Source: Ferroglobus placidus DSM 10642 (lineage in GTDB: Archaea; Halobacteriota; Archaeoglobi; Archaeoglobales; Archaeoglobaceae). Taken from it: 32,000 bases of DNA. The stretch's first letter is position 1; each line of letters starts with the position of its first letter. Location: the NCBI RefSeq assembly GCF_000025505.1, contig NC_013849.1, forward strand, positions 150,001 through 182,000. The letters are read 5' to 3'. This document shows positions 9,052 through 18,198 of the stretch, one piece after another. Both the position numbers and the translations under genes were made by a program. Under the pieces are notes generated by a model that was given only the letters and a program-made list of their open reading frames with translations, did no database searches and was not told the origin of the DNA.

Positions 9052-10263
9052 TTATGTTAACTCCTTTAATCTTCTCGCCACATCCGGATCGGTTTTAGCA
9101 ACTCTGTAAAGCTTCGTAATGAATTCCAACATTTTGAGAACATCTTCATCCTTTAGCGTTGCAAACGCTTCCAGCACTATGCTTTCCGCTTCTTCAACTT
9201 CTAAAGCCGCTTCAAGCGTCAAAGCCTGTCCGCATCTGTGGCAGAACCTAGCATCTGGAGCGTTCTTCTCGTCGCATCGCGGACAATTAATTGGCGTGAG
9301 TTTGCTTTTTTCGGGAACTCTCTCATCTTTTATGCCGTGAATTCTGGCGTAAGCGGCGTCGATATCTCTTCCAGAGAGGTGAACATATCTTGCTGGAATG
9401 TCGCTTCCCTGAACCCAGCCGAACCACTCGCACATCTGAGCTTCGGTGAAGTAATTTGCCAGAAATGTTGCCCTTGAGTGTCTGAAATTGTGGGGATTTA
9501 CTGGTTTGTCAATTCCTGCCTTTTTGGCGACCTCGTTCAACATTTTCACCAGAGCTCGGTATCCGACTTTCTTACCCTTTCCTTTAGTTCCCACGTTAAC
9601 CCAGACGGGAGCGTTTTTATTGTCTCTTTCTGGATGCATGTTCAACCAAGCCCTTACGTACGGTACGCTCTCTATAAGCGGTAATCTTCTTGCGCCGGTC
9701 TTTCCTCTAATTACGATCTGCAGTCCGTAGACATGATCCTGAAAATCTCCGATTTTTAAATTGTAAATTTCGCTTATTCTTGCACCAGTCTCCCATAACA
9801 GAGCTATCAGCGCTTTATCTCTTGGATTGTCCGCTGCATCAATCAATTTTTTCACATCGTCTTCAGTCAATATCTTTTCTGGAAGTTTATCCTTTCTTGA
9901 TTTTGACGATGTTTTAATCCACTTGACTGCTTCTGGATACTCCCCTCCGTTTAGCCACTTAAAAAGAACTTTAAGCACAATTTTATACTGTCTCTTAGTT
10001 TCATCGGAAACTTTTCTCTGATTTATCCAAGCAACTATGTCCTCTATCTGGCTCTTCGTGGCCTTCTTAAGATCGTAGTCGACGAATTCAAGGATCTTCT
10101 TCAGGTGCGAGAGCATTTTGTACATGTGCGCATCGCTACACCCTTGTACGAGCAAGTACTTTCTGAATTCTTCAAACAACTTCTTGTTCTCTTTCTTTAT
10201 CCGACTGCTTTTTCTCACGTTGTCTACCAGTCTCTGAAGCATCTTGTCGTAATCGAGTATCAT
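9052..10263 (-). CDS. Tyrosine recombinase/integrase with C-terminal zinc ribbon
   Basis: ALLWETGARISEIYNLKIGDF, HNFRHSRATFLANYFTEAQMCEWFGWVQGSDIPARYVHLSG (catalytic HxxR and Tyr region); NCPRCDEKNAPDARFCHRCGQ zinc ribbon. Confidence 0.88.
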   Translation of the reverse strand: MILDYDKMLQRLVDNVRKSSRIKKENKKLFEEFRKYLLVQGCSDAHMYKMLSHLKKILEFVDYDLKKATKSQIEDIVAWINQRKVSDETKRQYKIVLKVLFKWLNGGEYPEAVKWIKTSSKSRKDKLPEKILTEDDVKKLIDAADNPRDKALIALLWETGARISEIYNLKIGDFQDHVYGLQIVIRGKTGARRLPLIESVPYVRAWLNMHPERDNKNAPVWVNVGTKGKGKKVGYRALVKMLNEVAKKAGIDKPVNPHNFRHSRATFLANYFTEAQMCEWFGWVQGSDIPARYVHLSGRDIDAAYARIHGIKDERVPEKSKLTPINCPRCDEKNAPDARFCHRCGQALTLEAALEVEEAESIVLEAFATLKDEDVLKMLEFITKLYRVAKTDPDVARRLKELT

Positions 10264-10353
10264 CCCATTATTGCTTTATGCGTCGAAAAATAAAAGTGTT
10301 TTGAACCGTAAATACAATACACCACCGGTCCATGTTTCTGAGTTCATTTATTT

Positions 10354-10809
10354 TCAATCGATTTTGAAAGTTTTGAACCTCGGTCCTTTCCAGTAGCTGC
10401 CCCTTACGATTTTTATTTCAACAAGTACGTCTCCTTTATCCTCAAATTCAACAAAATCGGAATACTTGGATTTGAAAAGCTCGTAAGTGTGGTATATGAT
10501 ATCGTAATTCTCAACTTCGCTTTCTCCTAGCAAATAGATTTTGGCAAAACCGCTTATCAAAACCCCCTCGTTTTTAAACGGATCGTTTTCATCTCTTACA
10601 TCAACAACAAGACTGACACGGTTATCCCGCATTATGTTTTTAATTTTCCTTGATCTGAATTCAGACATAAAGTGTATCGAATCTCGCTGATCGTACGTGA
10701 AAAAGATAGGTGTTATGTGGGGATGCTCTCCTCTTGTGCAAAGATATCCAAAGTAATTCGTATTCAATAACTCCCTAACCTCTTGTGGCAACATTTTATC
10801 ACAACCCAA
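10354..10809 (-). CDS. Pyridoxamine 5'-phosphate oxidase-like (FMN-binding split-barrel) protein
   Basis: GYLCTRGEHPHITPIFFTYDQRDSIHFMSEFRSRKIKNIMRDNRVSLVVD. Confidence 0.75.
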   Translation of the reverse strand: MGCDKMLPQEVRELLNTNYFGYLCTRGEHPHITPIFFTYDQRDSIHFMSEFRSRKIKNIMRDNRVSLVVDVRDENDPFKNEGVLISGFAKIYLLGESEVENYDIIYHTYELFKSKYSDFVEFEDKGDVLVEIKIVRGSYWKGPRFKTFKID

Positions 10810-11848
10810 TTTTTATCTTTTTAGCACCTCTCCAATACACAACTTTTTCTGGGATTATTTCGATAGGAATTCTTTTTAAAATTGGAACGAGCCTCCAAGC
10901 TTCTGGAAGCTCGCTCTTTCTCTCTGAATACTTCTCCATGTAAACTGAATACTTTTTTCTGAAAAGACTCCTGACCTTTAAGAGCTTTACAACGTTTAAT
11001 ATTGAATTCCTCAGCGTGTAAATTTTCGCTTCCCCTACGATCATTATTGCCTTATTTCCAAAGAAGTCTCTTGAGCTCCTCATATCTATTAGCAGAGCTA
11101 TCTTGGGATCCCTCTTTAACAGGTAAAATTTCTTGCTTGCCTTTGAAGTAACAAAGTAAACATTTCTACCATCGAAAACCTGAACGACAGGAGTTAGGTG
11201 GGGGAATTTTTCTCCCGCATGACCAACATAAGCGAATTTAGCTCTTTCAAGCATTTCAATTATATCCGGAGGAAGCCAAGGAACTCTTCTAACGAGAAGT
11301 AAAGATGCAAGAGAAACGAAGGTAATCGCTAAAGAAAAAGCGAGTACAGCTTTGAAAATTCCTCTATCTGGAAAAACCACCAGAAGCAGAAGCAAACCTG
11401 ACAATCCGAAGAGAGAGCAATTCTTATCAATTTTTTCCATGGTTTTTAAATCGTTAAGCAAGGTGTAGTCCATAGCTTTTCTCTTTTTTGAAGCTGTTAA
11501 AAGGCTCTTCGACCTTTTTAAGTTCAGAAAGCTAACCCAAATACCTATTCCAGCCCTATAAGCAATGTCCCACGCGAGAACGAGAGCAAAAAATGTAACG
11601 AGCGCGTTTTTACTCAGATAGTAATCGAGGAGGATGGATGTGTTAAAGAGGTAGACTATTAGAGGAATAAAAAGAGCCAATCCTGTGAGAAGCACCGGTC
11701 GCCATTTGTTAAAGAGCAGAGACTTGTACTTTTCAATCATTTCATTCTCTTCTTCACTCAACGAAGGACGAAAGGAGCGGATTGCTGGGGCTATATCTAA
11801 AGTAAGCTTGCTCCAGATGACCACAACAAGAATGGCAAGAGTACCCAT
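10799..11848 (-). CDS. Integral-membrane protein fused to a C-terminal PNPOx-like domain
   Basis: N-terminal hydrophobic segments (VLLTGLALFIPLIVYLF; LLLLLVVFPD; AVLAFSLAITFVSLASLLLV), then AKFAYVGHAGEKFPHLTPVVQVFDGRNVYFVTSKASKKFYLLKRDPKIALLID. Confidence 0.65.
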   Translation of the reverse strand: MGTLAILVVVIWSKLTLDIAPAIRSFRPSLSEEENEMIEKYKSLLFNKWRPVLLTGLALFIPLIVYLFNTSILLDYYLSKNALVTFFALVLAWDIAYRAGIGIWVSFLNLKRSKSLLTASKKRKAMDYTLLNDLKTMEKIDKNCSLFGLSGLLLLLVVFPDRGIFKAVLAFSLAITFVSLASLLLVRRVPWLPPDIIEMLERAKFAYVGHAGEKFPHLTPVVQVFDGRNVYFVTSKASKKFYLLKRDPKIALLIDMRSSRDFFGNKAIMIVGEAKIYTLRNSILNVVKLLKVRSLFRKKYSVYMEKYSERKSELPEAWRLVPILKRIPIEIIPEKVVYWRGAKKIKIGL

Positions 11849-11977
11849 AAGAAGAGAGAGTAAACGAAAAGCATGGCAAACAACTGAACCATCACCGCCT
11901 TTTCCCCCTCCAAAAAAGAGAATGGTGGAACTCTCTCAACTATCAGTTCGTAAACCCATTTCTCCAAATCAAACACC

Positions 11978-13330
11978 TTAAATTCTCTTTTTAGGCTCTA
12001 TGTACTCCTTCGGAGCGCTTTCAATCGGCTCGAGGTATTTTCTTAAAACCTTGGGAATTTCGACTCTTCCATCCTCGAGCTGGTAATTCTCTATTATCGC
12101 CGTTATGGCTCTTGTCGTAGCTATCGCTGTAGAATTGAGGGTGTGAACGAAGCCTTTAGAAGGCATACCCCTCTTTTCCGCATACCTTATATTCAATCTG
12201 TAACTCTGCCAGTCCGTGCAGTTTGAGCAGGAAACCATTTCTCTGTACTTCCCCTGAGCGGGCATCCACGCTTCGAGATCGTATTTTTTAGCAGCGACAA
12301 CACCAAGATCTCCAGTGCAGATGTTCACGATTCTGTACGGAATTCCCAAACCTTGCCAGAGTTTTTCAGCATTTTCAATCAACTTTTCATGCCACTCCCA
12401 GCTCTCCTCCGGCAAACAAAAAACGAACTGCTCAACTTTATTGAACTGGTGAACTCGAAAGATTCCCTTGGTGTCTTTCCCGTGCGCTCCAGCTTCTTTT
12501 CTAAAGCATGGAGAGACTCCAGCGTAGAGAAGAGGAAGTTCGTCTTCTCCGAGCGTTTCGTTCATGTGCATGGCAGCCAAAGGATGCTCGGAGGTGGCGA
12601 TAAGATACAAATCTTCCCCTTCAAGTTTGTAAAGCACTTCTTCGAAATCGCTAAATGCCGTAACTCCGGCATAAGCTTCGTATCGCATCATGTAAGGCGG
12701 ATTTACTATCTTAAACCCTTGCTTTGAGAGGAATTCGAGAGCGTACATCATCAAAGCAAAATCGAGCCAGACGAGATCTTCGAGGAGATAATAGAATCTC
12801 GATCCAGCCACTTTTGCCGCTCTTTCCAGATCCGCCCATCCGAAAATTTCGACTGCATCAGCATGTCCGACAACCGGCTTATCGATCACTTCATACTCCA
12901 CTTCCCCGTTCGTCTGCTTTAAAAACTGCTCCACATGCTCTCTATAAACTTTCGGCTTTCCCCAGAACCTTATCGGAACGTTATCGTTCTCATCCTCTCC
13001 TATGGGAACCGATTCGTGGACTATGTTCGGGATTGAAAGCAAAACACTTTTCAGCTCCTCTTCAAGCTTCTTTAATTCTTCTTCTTCCTTCTTCACTCTC
13101 TCCGATATCTCTTTTGCTTTTTTTATCAATTCCTCGCTTCTTTCACTCTTCAACTTTCTCGAAAGTTCGTTTCTCTCCCTTCTTAGCTGATCGAGTTCGT
13201 ACAGCTTTTTTCTCCAGTTTTTATCCAGTTCTATTGCTTTGTAAACTATTTCAACGTCCTCCCCTCTTCTCCTTTGAGATTCAACAAGTATCTCCGGGTT
13301 TTCCCTTAAGGCTTTCAGTATGCTCCACAT
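11978..13330 (-). CDS. serS: Serine--tRNA ligase
   Basis: N-terminal coiled-coil arm, ATSEHPLAAMHMNE, class II motifs CFRKEAGAHGKDTKGIFRVHQFNKVEQF and LNSTAIATTRAITAIIENYQ. Confidence 0.95.
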   Translation of the reverse strand: MWSILKALRENPEILVESQRRRGEDVEIVYKAIELDKNWRKKLYELDQLRRERNELSRKLKSERSEELIKKAKEISERVKKEEEELKKLEEELKSVLLSIPNIVHESVPIGEDENDNVPIRFWGKPKVYREHVEQFLKQTNGEVEYEVIDKPVVGHADAVEIFGWADLERAAKVAGSRFYYLLEDLVWLDFALMMYALEFLSKQGFKIVNPPYMMRYEAYAGVTAFSDFEEVLYKLEGEDLYLIATSEHPLAAMHMNETLGEDELPLLYAGVSPCFRKEAGAHGKDTKGIFRVHQFNKVEQFVFCLPEESWEWHEKLIENAEKLWQGLGIPYRIVNICTGDLGVVAAKKYDLEAWMPAQGKYREMVSCSNCTDWQSYRLNIRYAEKRGMPSKGFVHTLNSTAIATTRAITAIIENYQLEDGRVEIPKVLRKYLEPIESAPKEYIEPKKRI

Positions 13331-13332
13331 CG

Positions 13333-14337
13333 CTAATCCTCCACGAAGTTTGATTGAAGTATCACACTGGCATTTTTCCTCTCTACCTTTATAATTTGTG
13401 GAACGTACTTCTCCTTAATTAAGTAACCATCTTCCTTTTTCTCACCGATCTTCATGAGCATTAGGTTTACAGCCGTTTCGAATTCGATAGCGTCTTTTTC
13501 CGAATCGAAGGCAATTATCCAGCTCCAGCCGGTGTCGTTCAGATAGTAGGAATCTCCGTTCCACCCTTCAGCAGCTACTTTTGCTGAAGAGTCAAGCACG
13601 TGTGCAGCTAAAAAGACGAATAGAAAAGCTTCTCCAAGTCTATCTCCTTCCATTTTCAGGAAGCTCTCGTTTTTGAAGTACTTTTCAGGATGCATGACCT
13701 GCTCCATAGTCTTCGGTGGATTCTGGAGGAGATATATCGTGTCTCCGGTTTTGTTGTAAACCTCTAAGGCGAGATTGTAGCCGTAGGTGTAGTGGATCGA
13801 GGACAGAATGTAGTAAGCATTGTCTTCATCAATCTCCATCAGACTTTCTTTCTCCAAAGGTTCCTTAGCTAAAATTTTCGATATGAGTCTTGCGTCCCCT
13901 TCAATAGCCGCAGCTTTAGCCTTTTCTCCATCGAATGTCCCGTCGGAGGATATGTTAAATTTTTCTTGATACAAATGCTCGAGCTCGTGAAAAACCGTTC
14001 TTTTGAACTTATCTTTGTCGAAGTTCTCCTTCACGACGTAAATTTTCCCTTCCCAAACGAAGGCTACGAAGCTCTTTAGGTCGTGCTCTTTCGCTTTTTT
14101 GAAGGAATAATTTGCTGGAAGAATCATCATCGCCTTGTAAAAGAGATCCTCGCTTTCCGAGTAACTACCCCAGTGTTTTAAAACGAAGTTCGTGTCAACC
14201 ACCTTTAATTCTGGACTGAAGTTCGTTCCTCTGAACTCGTTGAATTCTCTCAGCGCTTCCTTATAGCTTTCGCTGATTTCGTCAGTACAAGCAGAGAGTA
14301 ACAGAGCGGCGAAAAGAATGATAATCGCTCTCTTCAT
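13333..14337 (-). CDS. Secreted lipoprotein with HExxH motif, possible zinc metallopeptidase
   Basis: Lipobox ALLLSACTDE; FHELEHLYQEKF followed by AAAIEGDARLIS (gluzincin-like). Confidence 0.5.
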   Translation of the reverse strand: MKRAIIILFAALLLSACTDEISESYKEALREFNEFRGTNFSPELKVVDTNFVLKHWGSYSESEDLFYKAMMILPANYSFKKAKEHDLKSFVAFVWEGKIYVVKENFDKDKFKRTVFHELEHLYQEKFNISSDGTFDGEKAKAAAIEGDARLISKILAKEPLEKESLMEIDEDNAYYILSSIHYTYGYNLALEVYNKTGDTIYLLQNPPKTMEQVMHPEKYFKNESFLKMEGDRLGEAFLFVFLAAHVLDSSAKVAAEGWNGDSYYLNDTGWSWIIAFDSEKDAIEFETAVNLMLMKIGEKKEDGYLIKEKYVPQIIKVERKNASVILQSNFVED

Positions 14338-15446
14338 AGAAGCTCTTTTTCCACCAAGCTTATGGCTTTGTCGATCTCCCTCTTGAGAGCTTCCGGAAGT
14401 CCTTTTATCTCTACCTCCATAAATCCTCTAACTATGGCTGAAATCGCTTCATCTCTCGACAACCCCCTCGACATCAAATAGAATATCTCCTCTTCGGCTA
14501 TTCTCCCTATAGCAGCCTCGTGACTCAAATCCACATCGGGGTGGTTTGCTTCAAGAATCGGAATTGCTTCTATACTTCCGTTCTCAGCCAGTATAAGCCC
14601 TCTGCACTCCAAATGCCCCTTCACATTACTCACGTTCCCCACAAGATGTCCTCTCGCCACGATTTTTCCTCCCCTGCTTATCGTCCTCGAAACTATCTCA
14701 GCTTTGGAGTTTTCAGCGTTTAACACAGCTCTACTTCCCACATCTATATTCGCTCCTTCTAAACCGACGATCACGCTGCTGAAAATAGCTTGAGAATTCT
14801 TTCCATTCAAGTATGCTGTGGGATACATCTGAACGAGTTTAACCGAATTCATGAGGATGTAGTTGCTTATAAAAGTTCCGTTTTCCTCCACTATGGCAGC
14901 GCTCCTCGGTCTAACTTCTATGTTGCTTTCCCAGCTGTGGATCATCGTAAAAGTCAGCTTAGCATTTTTCTTCACGAAAAATTCGGAAATTCCTATGTGC
15001 AGCCCAGCCATAACTCCCGGATGGGACGTGCAGCCGGAGATTATGTTTAATTCCGAGTTCTCCTCAGCTATGATTACGTTGTGAACTCTCTGCTTGTGTC
15101 CCCTCGTCCTCAAATACAGACAAGCCTCTACTGGAATTTGAATTTTAGCGTTGGGAAGGGCTCGAATGAAGTACCCATTGACGTCCTCAGAATCAGCCTC
15201 TCTGGTGAATTCGTCCTGATCTTTTTTTACAGCTTTCCAGAAATAGTCTTCAAGCCAGTCGTACTTCTCTAAGGCTGCTTTTATGCTCATAACCTCTACG
15301 CCTTCGAAAAAGCTTTTGCTTAGCTTAACTTCCTGATCTACTTGAACGAAGGTAGCGGATCTCTCCTTAGGATCGAGTTCTATTCCTACGCTTTCGAGCC
15401 TCTTTTTTACCTCTTCAGATTTAAATTCCTGTACTTCGTCAGGCAT
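14334..15446 (-). CDS. sufB: SufB/SufD-family Fe-S assembly scaffold (minimal archaeal type)
   Basis: Beta-helix core NLSGCTSHPG...HLVGNVSNVKGHLECRGLILAENGSIEAIPILEANHPDVDLSHEAAIGRIAEEEIFYLMSRGLSRDEAISAIVRGFME. Confidence 0.88.
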   Translation of the reverse strand: MPDEVQEFKSEEVKKRLESVGIELDPKERSATFVQVDQEVKLSKSFFEGVEVMSIKAALEKYDWLEDYFWKAVKKDQDEFTREADSEDVNGYFIRALPNAKIQIPVEACLYLRTRGHKQRVHNVIIAEENSELNIISGCTSHPGVMAGLHIGISEFFVKKNAKLTFTMIHSWESNIEVRPRSAAIVEENGTFISNYILMNSVKLVQMYPTAYLNGKNSQAIFSSVIVGLEGANIDVGSRAVLNAENSKAEIVSRTISRGGKIVARGHLVGNVSNVKGHLECRGLILAENGSIEAIPILEANHPDVDLSHEAAIGRIAEEEIFYLMSRGLSRDEAISAIVRGFMEVEIKGLPEALKREIDKAISLVEKELL

Positions 15447-16168
15447 TTTTCAACACACCCCTCATAGCCGAATTTTCTAACGTCCTCAAGAATTTCGTAG
15501 GGATCTCCTATGCAGGCGATCCTACCTCGATAAAGAATAGCCCCGTAATCGGCATCCACGTAATCGAGAATGTGACCCGTGTGAGTTATTATAATTCCAG
15601 CTTTCTCCCTCCTCTCTTTATCCCTCTCTAAGAGTTCCCTTATCGCTTTTCCGACGATTCCTATGTTCTCAAGATCTACGCCGCTGTCCGGCTCGTCGAG
15701 CATAACAAAGTCCGGATTCATAACCAATAACTGCAAAAGCTCGCTCCTCTTAATTTCCCCTCCGGAAAAACCTTTGTTTATCTCTCTTTCCAAGTGTTCC
15801 TCCATTTTCAGCTTTTTCGCGTACTCGTATATTTTCTCCTCTTCCGTCCCCCTTATTTCGGCTATCTTCCTAAGGAGATCTATCAGTTTAATTCCGGAAA
15901 TTGCCGGAGGAGATTGGAACGCTATTCCCAATCCGAGTTTTACCCTTTCGTCGGTTGGAATTCTCGTTATGTCGTGCTTTTTGAATATTATTCTTCCTTC
16001 GGCGATTTTATACTTCGGATTACCTATTATAGCGTTCATCAAAGTTGACTTTCCGCTTCCGTTCGGACCGAAAAGAGCTAAAGTTTCCCCTTCTCTAACG
16101 TAAAGGGAAACATTCGTTAAAACTCGTTTGCTGTCAACATCCACGGACAAATTCACGAGCCTTAACAT
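15407..16168 (-). CDS. sufC: SufC-type ABC ATPase
   Basis: Walker A GPNGSGKSTLM; signature GFSGGEIKRSELLQLLVMNPDFVMLDEPDSGVDLE; directly upstream of and overlapping sufB. Confidence 0.92.
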   Translation of the reverse strand: MLRLVNLSVDVDSKRVLTNVSLYVREGETLALFGPNGSGKSTLMNAIIGNPKYKIAEGRIIFKKHDITRIPTDERVKLGLGIAFQSPPAISGIKLIDLLRKIAEIRGTEEEKIYEYAKKLKMEEHLEREINKGFSGGEIKRSELLQLLVMNPDFVMLDEPDSGVDLENIGIVGKAIRELLERDKERREKAGIIITHTGHILDYVDADYGAILYRGRIACIGDPYEILEDVRKFGYEGCVEKCLTKYRNLNLKR

Positions 16169-16204
16169 CCATCAACACTCCGCTGAAAGATATATAGAGT
16201 TTGC

Positions 16205-16666
16205 TCAGAATTCAAGGAAACTAACATCACCGTCTTCGAAAATCGCGTAGCTTCTCTTCCCGCTCAGATAACCGCAAATCTCGCCGGGGTTTACCACCGT
16301 AGCTTTATTCTCTTTCCTTTTTTCAGCTTTGTGAGTGTGCCCTACGACTACCAGCTCGTATCTTTTGCTAAGCGCTCTAATTATTTCCTCGCTCGTGCCG
16401 TGGTAAACAACTCCGGAGGGAAATTCGACAACATCTCCTATCTTCCAGCCTCTTTCCAAAGCAATCTGAAGGAGTTTTTCTCTATCTCCATCGTTGTTTC
16501 CGAATGCTATGTGCATTTTCTCGAATTCGAAAGACCTGAGACTGAAAGGAGATATGACATCTCCAGCGTGTACGACGAAATCGAACTTCTCCTTCTTTAC
16601 CTCTTCCTGCAAATCCCTTATCGCAGCCACGTTGTCGTGACTGTCTGATATCAGCAAAATTCTCAT
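16205..16666 (-). CDS. YfcE/MJ0936-family metallophosphoesterase
   Basis: ILLISDSHDN, VVHAGDVIS, IAFGNNDGD, VVGHTHKAE, VVNPGEI. Confidence 0.92.
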   Translation of the reverse strand: MRILLISDSHDNVAAIRDLQEEVKKEKFDFVVHAGDVISPFSLRSFEFEKMHIAFGNNDGDREKLLQIALERGWKIGDVVEFPSGVVYHGTSEEIIRALSKRYELVVVGHTHKAEKRKENKATVVNPGEICGYLSGKRSYAIFEDGDVSFLEF

Positions 16667-16693
16667 GGAAGTTAGTTGGGAGTCGTCGTTTAT

Positions 16694-17371
16694 TTATTTT
16701 CTGATTATTTCAGCTCCGTCTCTCCTTCCGACTATCACCAAATCCACCATTTCCGAGGGAAAAACGCCGTGCTCAATAATCCCTGGAACTCTGAAATCTC
16801 TCTCTATTTTCTCAACATCTACTTCCTTCGCCTCCACATCAGCTATGTAGTTCCCGTTATCTGAAATGACCGGTCCGAGCTTCCTTACGCTCGTTCTGAG
16901 GTTGCAGTTGTAACCAAGCTCCTTCAACCTTCTTTCCACGAATCCGTAAGCGAAAGGCAGAATTTCGACGGGAATTGCCATGTTTAACCTCTCCACAAGC
17001 TTGCTCTCATCGACTACTACGTAAAACTTCTTGGAAGCTTCGGCAACTATTTTTTCCCTCGTTAAAGCCCCACCACCACCTTTGATCAGGTTAAGTTTGC
17101 GATCAACCTGATCCGCTCCGTCTACGCAAAGATCCGGCTCTGGATGCTCGAGGAGAGAAGATACTTTCAACCCGTTTTTTACAGCCAGTATTTCGGTGTC
17201 GTAGGAAGTTGGAATTACTTCGACTTTCAACCTCTCTTTTCTAACGAGCTCACCAAGCTTTTCTACAAATATTCTTACCGTGCTTCCGCTTCCAAGTCCG
17301 AGAATCATTCCGTTTTCAACGAACTCCAGAGCTTTCTCAGCCGCTATCTCTTTCACCGTACCACCTCTCAA
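16694..17371 (-). CDS. rpiA: Ribose-5-phosphate isomerase A
   Basis: GMILGLGSGSTVRIFVEKLGEL, DLCVDGADQVDRKLNLIKGGGGALTREKIVA, GVVEHG-type FRVPGIIEHGVF. Confidence 0.94.
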   Translation of the reverse strand: MRGGTVKEIAAEKALEFVENGMILGLGSGSTVRIFVEKLGELVRKERLKVEVIPTSYDTEILAVKNGLKVSSLLEHPEPDLCVDGADQVDRKLNLIKGGGGALTREKIVAEASKKFYVVVDESKLVERLNMAIPVEILPFAYGFVERRLKELGYNCNLRTSVRKLGPVISDNGNYIADVEAKEVDVEKIERDFRVPGIIEHGVFPSEMVDLVIVGRRDGAEIIRK

Positions 17372-18125
17372 GAATTTTAAAGTCTATTCTGGCAGTAGAG
17401 TCCAGCGTGAGGGGAGTTATTGAGACGTAACCCTTTCTCACCGCCCATATATCTGTTCCTTCCTCAGCTTCTTCCACTTCCTTGCCGTCTATCCAGTAGT
17501 ACTTCCTTCCCCTTGGATCAAACCTTACATCTATCCTCGTCTTGTACATTCTTCTCGCCAACCTCGTAAAGACGACTTTCCCGTTCCAGTTCTGAGGGAC
17601 GTTCACATTAAGCAAATCAACTCCTTCCGGCAAACCCTTTCTCAGAACTTTTTCGGCAAGCGACCTCAAAATTTTCTTCGCGTTTTCGAAATCGTACTCT
17701 TTGAAAACGAACTCAAATTTGTCTTTATCGTGAGCTTCGACGCTTACTGCAATTGCTTTACACCCCTGCGTTGCCGCTTCCAGAGCTGCTCCTATCGTGC
17801 CGGAAGTCGTTACAGCTTCGGTAGACAGATTTTCTCCAAGGTTTATCCCTGAGACAACCAAATCTGGCAGCTCACCTATAATTTCGTAGATCCCTATGAT
17901 GACAGAATCAGTAGGAGTACCATCAACAGCGTAAATCTTAATTCCGTTGAACCTGACTTCCCCAACTCTTATCGGCTCCATTATCGAAATACTTCTGCCA
18001 ACACCACTCTTCTGGGTTGCCGGAGCTACGACGAAAACTTCCCCCAACTCAGACAAAGCTTCGTAGCAAGCTTTCAGTCCGGATGAGTAAAGCCCGTCAT
18101 CGTTGGTTATCAGGATCTTTTTCAT
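17337..18125 (-). CDS. surE: 5'/3'-nucleotidase SurE
   Basis: ILITNDDGLYSSGLKACYEAL...VVAPATQKSGVGRSISI...DLVVSGINLGENL. Confidence 0.94.
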   Translation of the reverse strand: MKKILITNDDGLYSSGLKACYEALSELGEVFVVAPATQKSGVGRSISIMEPIRVGEVRFNGIKIYAVDGTPTDSVIIGIYEIIGELPDLVVSGINLGENLSTEAVTTSGTIGAALEAATQGCKAIAVSVEAHDKDKFEFVFKEYDFENAKKILRSLAEKVLRKGLPEGVDLLNVNVPQNWNGKVVFTRLARRMYKTRIDVRFDPRGRKYYWIDGKEVEEAEEGTDIWAVRKGYVSITPLTLDSTARIDFKILERWYGERDSG

Positions 18126-18198
18126 CGAGCTAATTTTTTCGTCTCTTCATGTAAACTTTGCCATAAAGTTTATTGAGAATTCAAGAGAAATAAAATGG

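Noticed and set aside
9010-10291. 10-bp inverted repeat (ATTTTTCGAC at 9010-9019 and GTCGAAAAAT at 10282-10291) flanking the integrase
   Set aside because: AT-rich and short enough to occur by chance over 1.3 kb; no direct repeat or tRNA supports an att boundary.
12724-13353. 209-aa plus-strand ORF
   Set aside because: Antisense to the highly supported serS coding region; low-complexity L/S/R composition typical of a shadow ORF.
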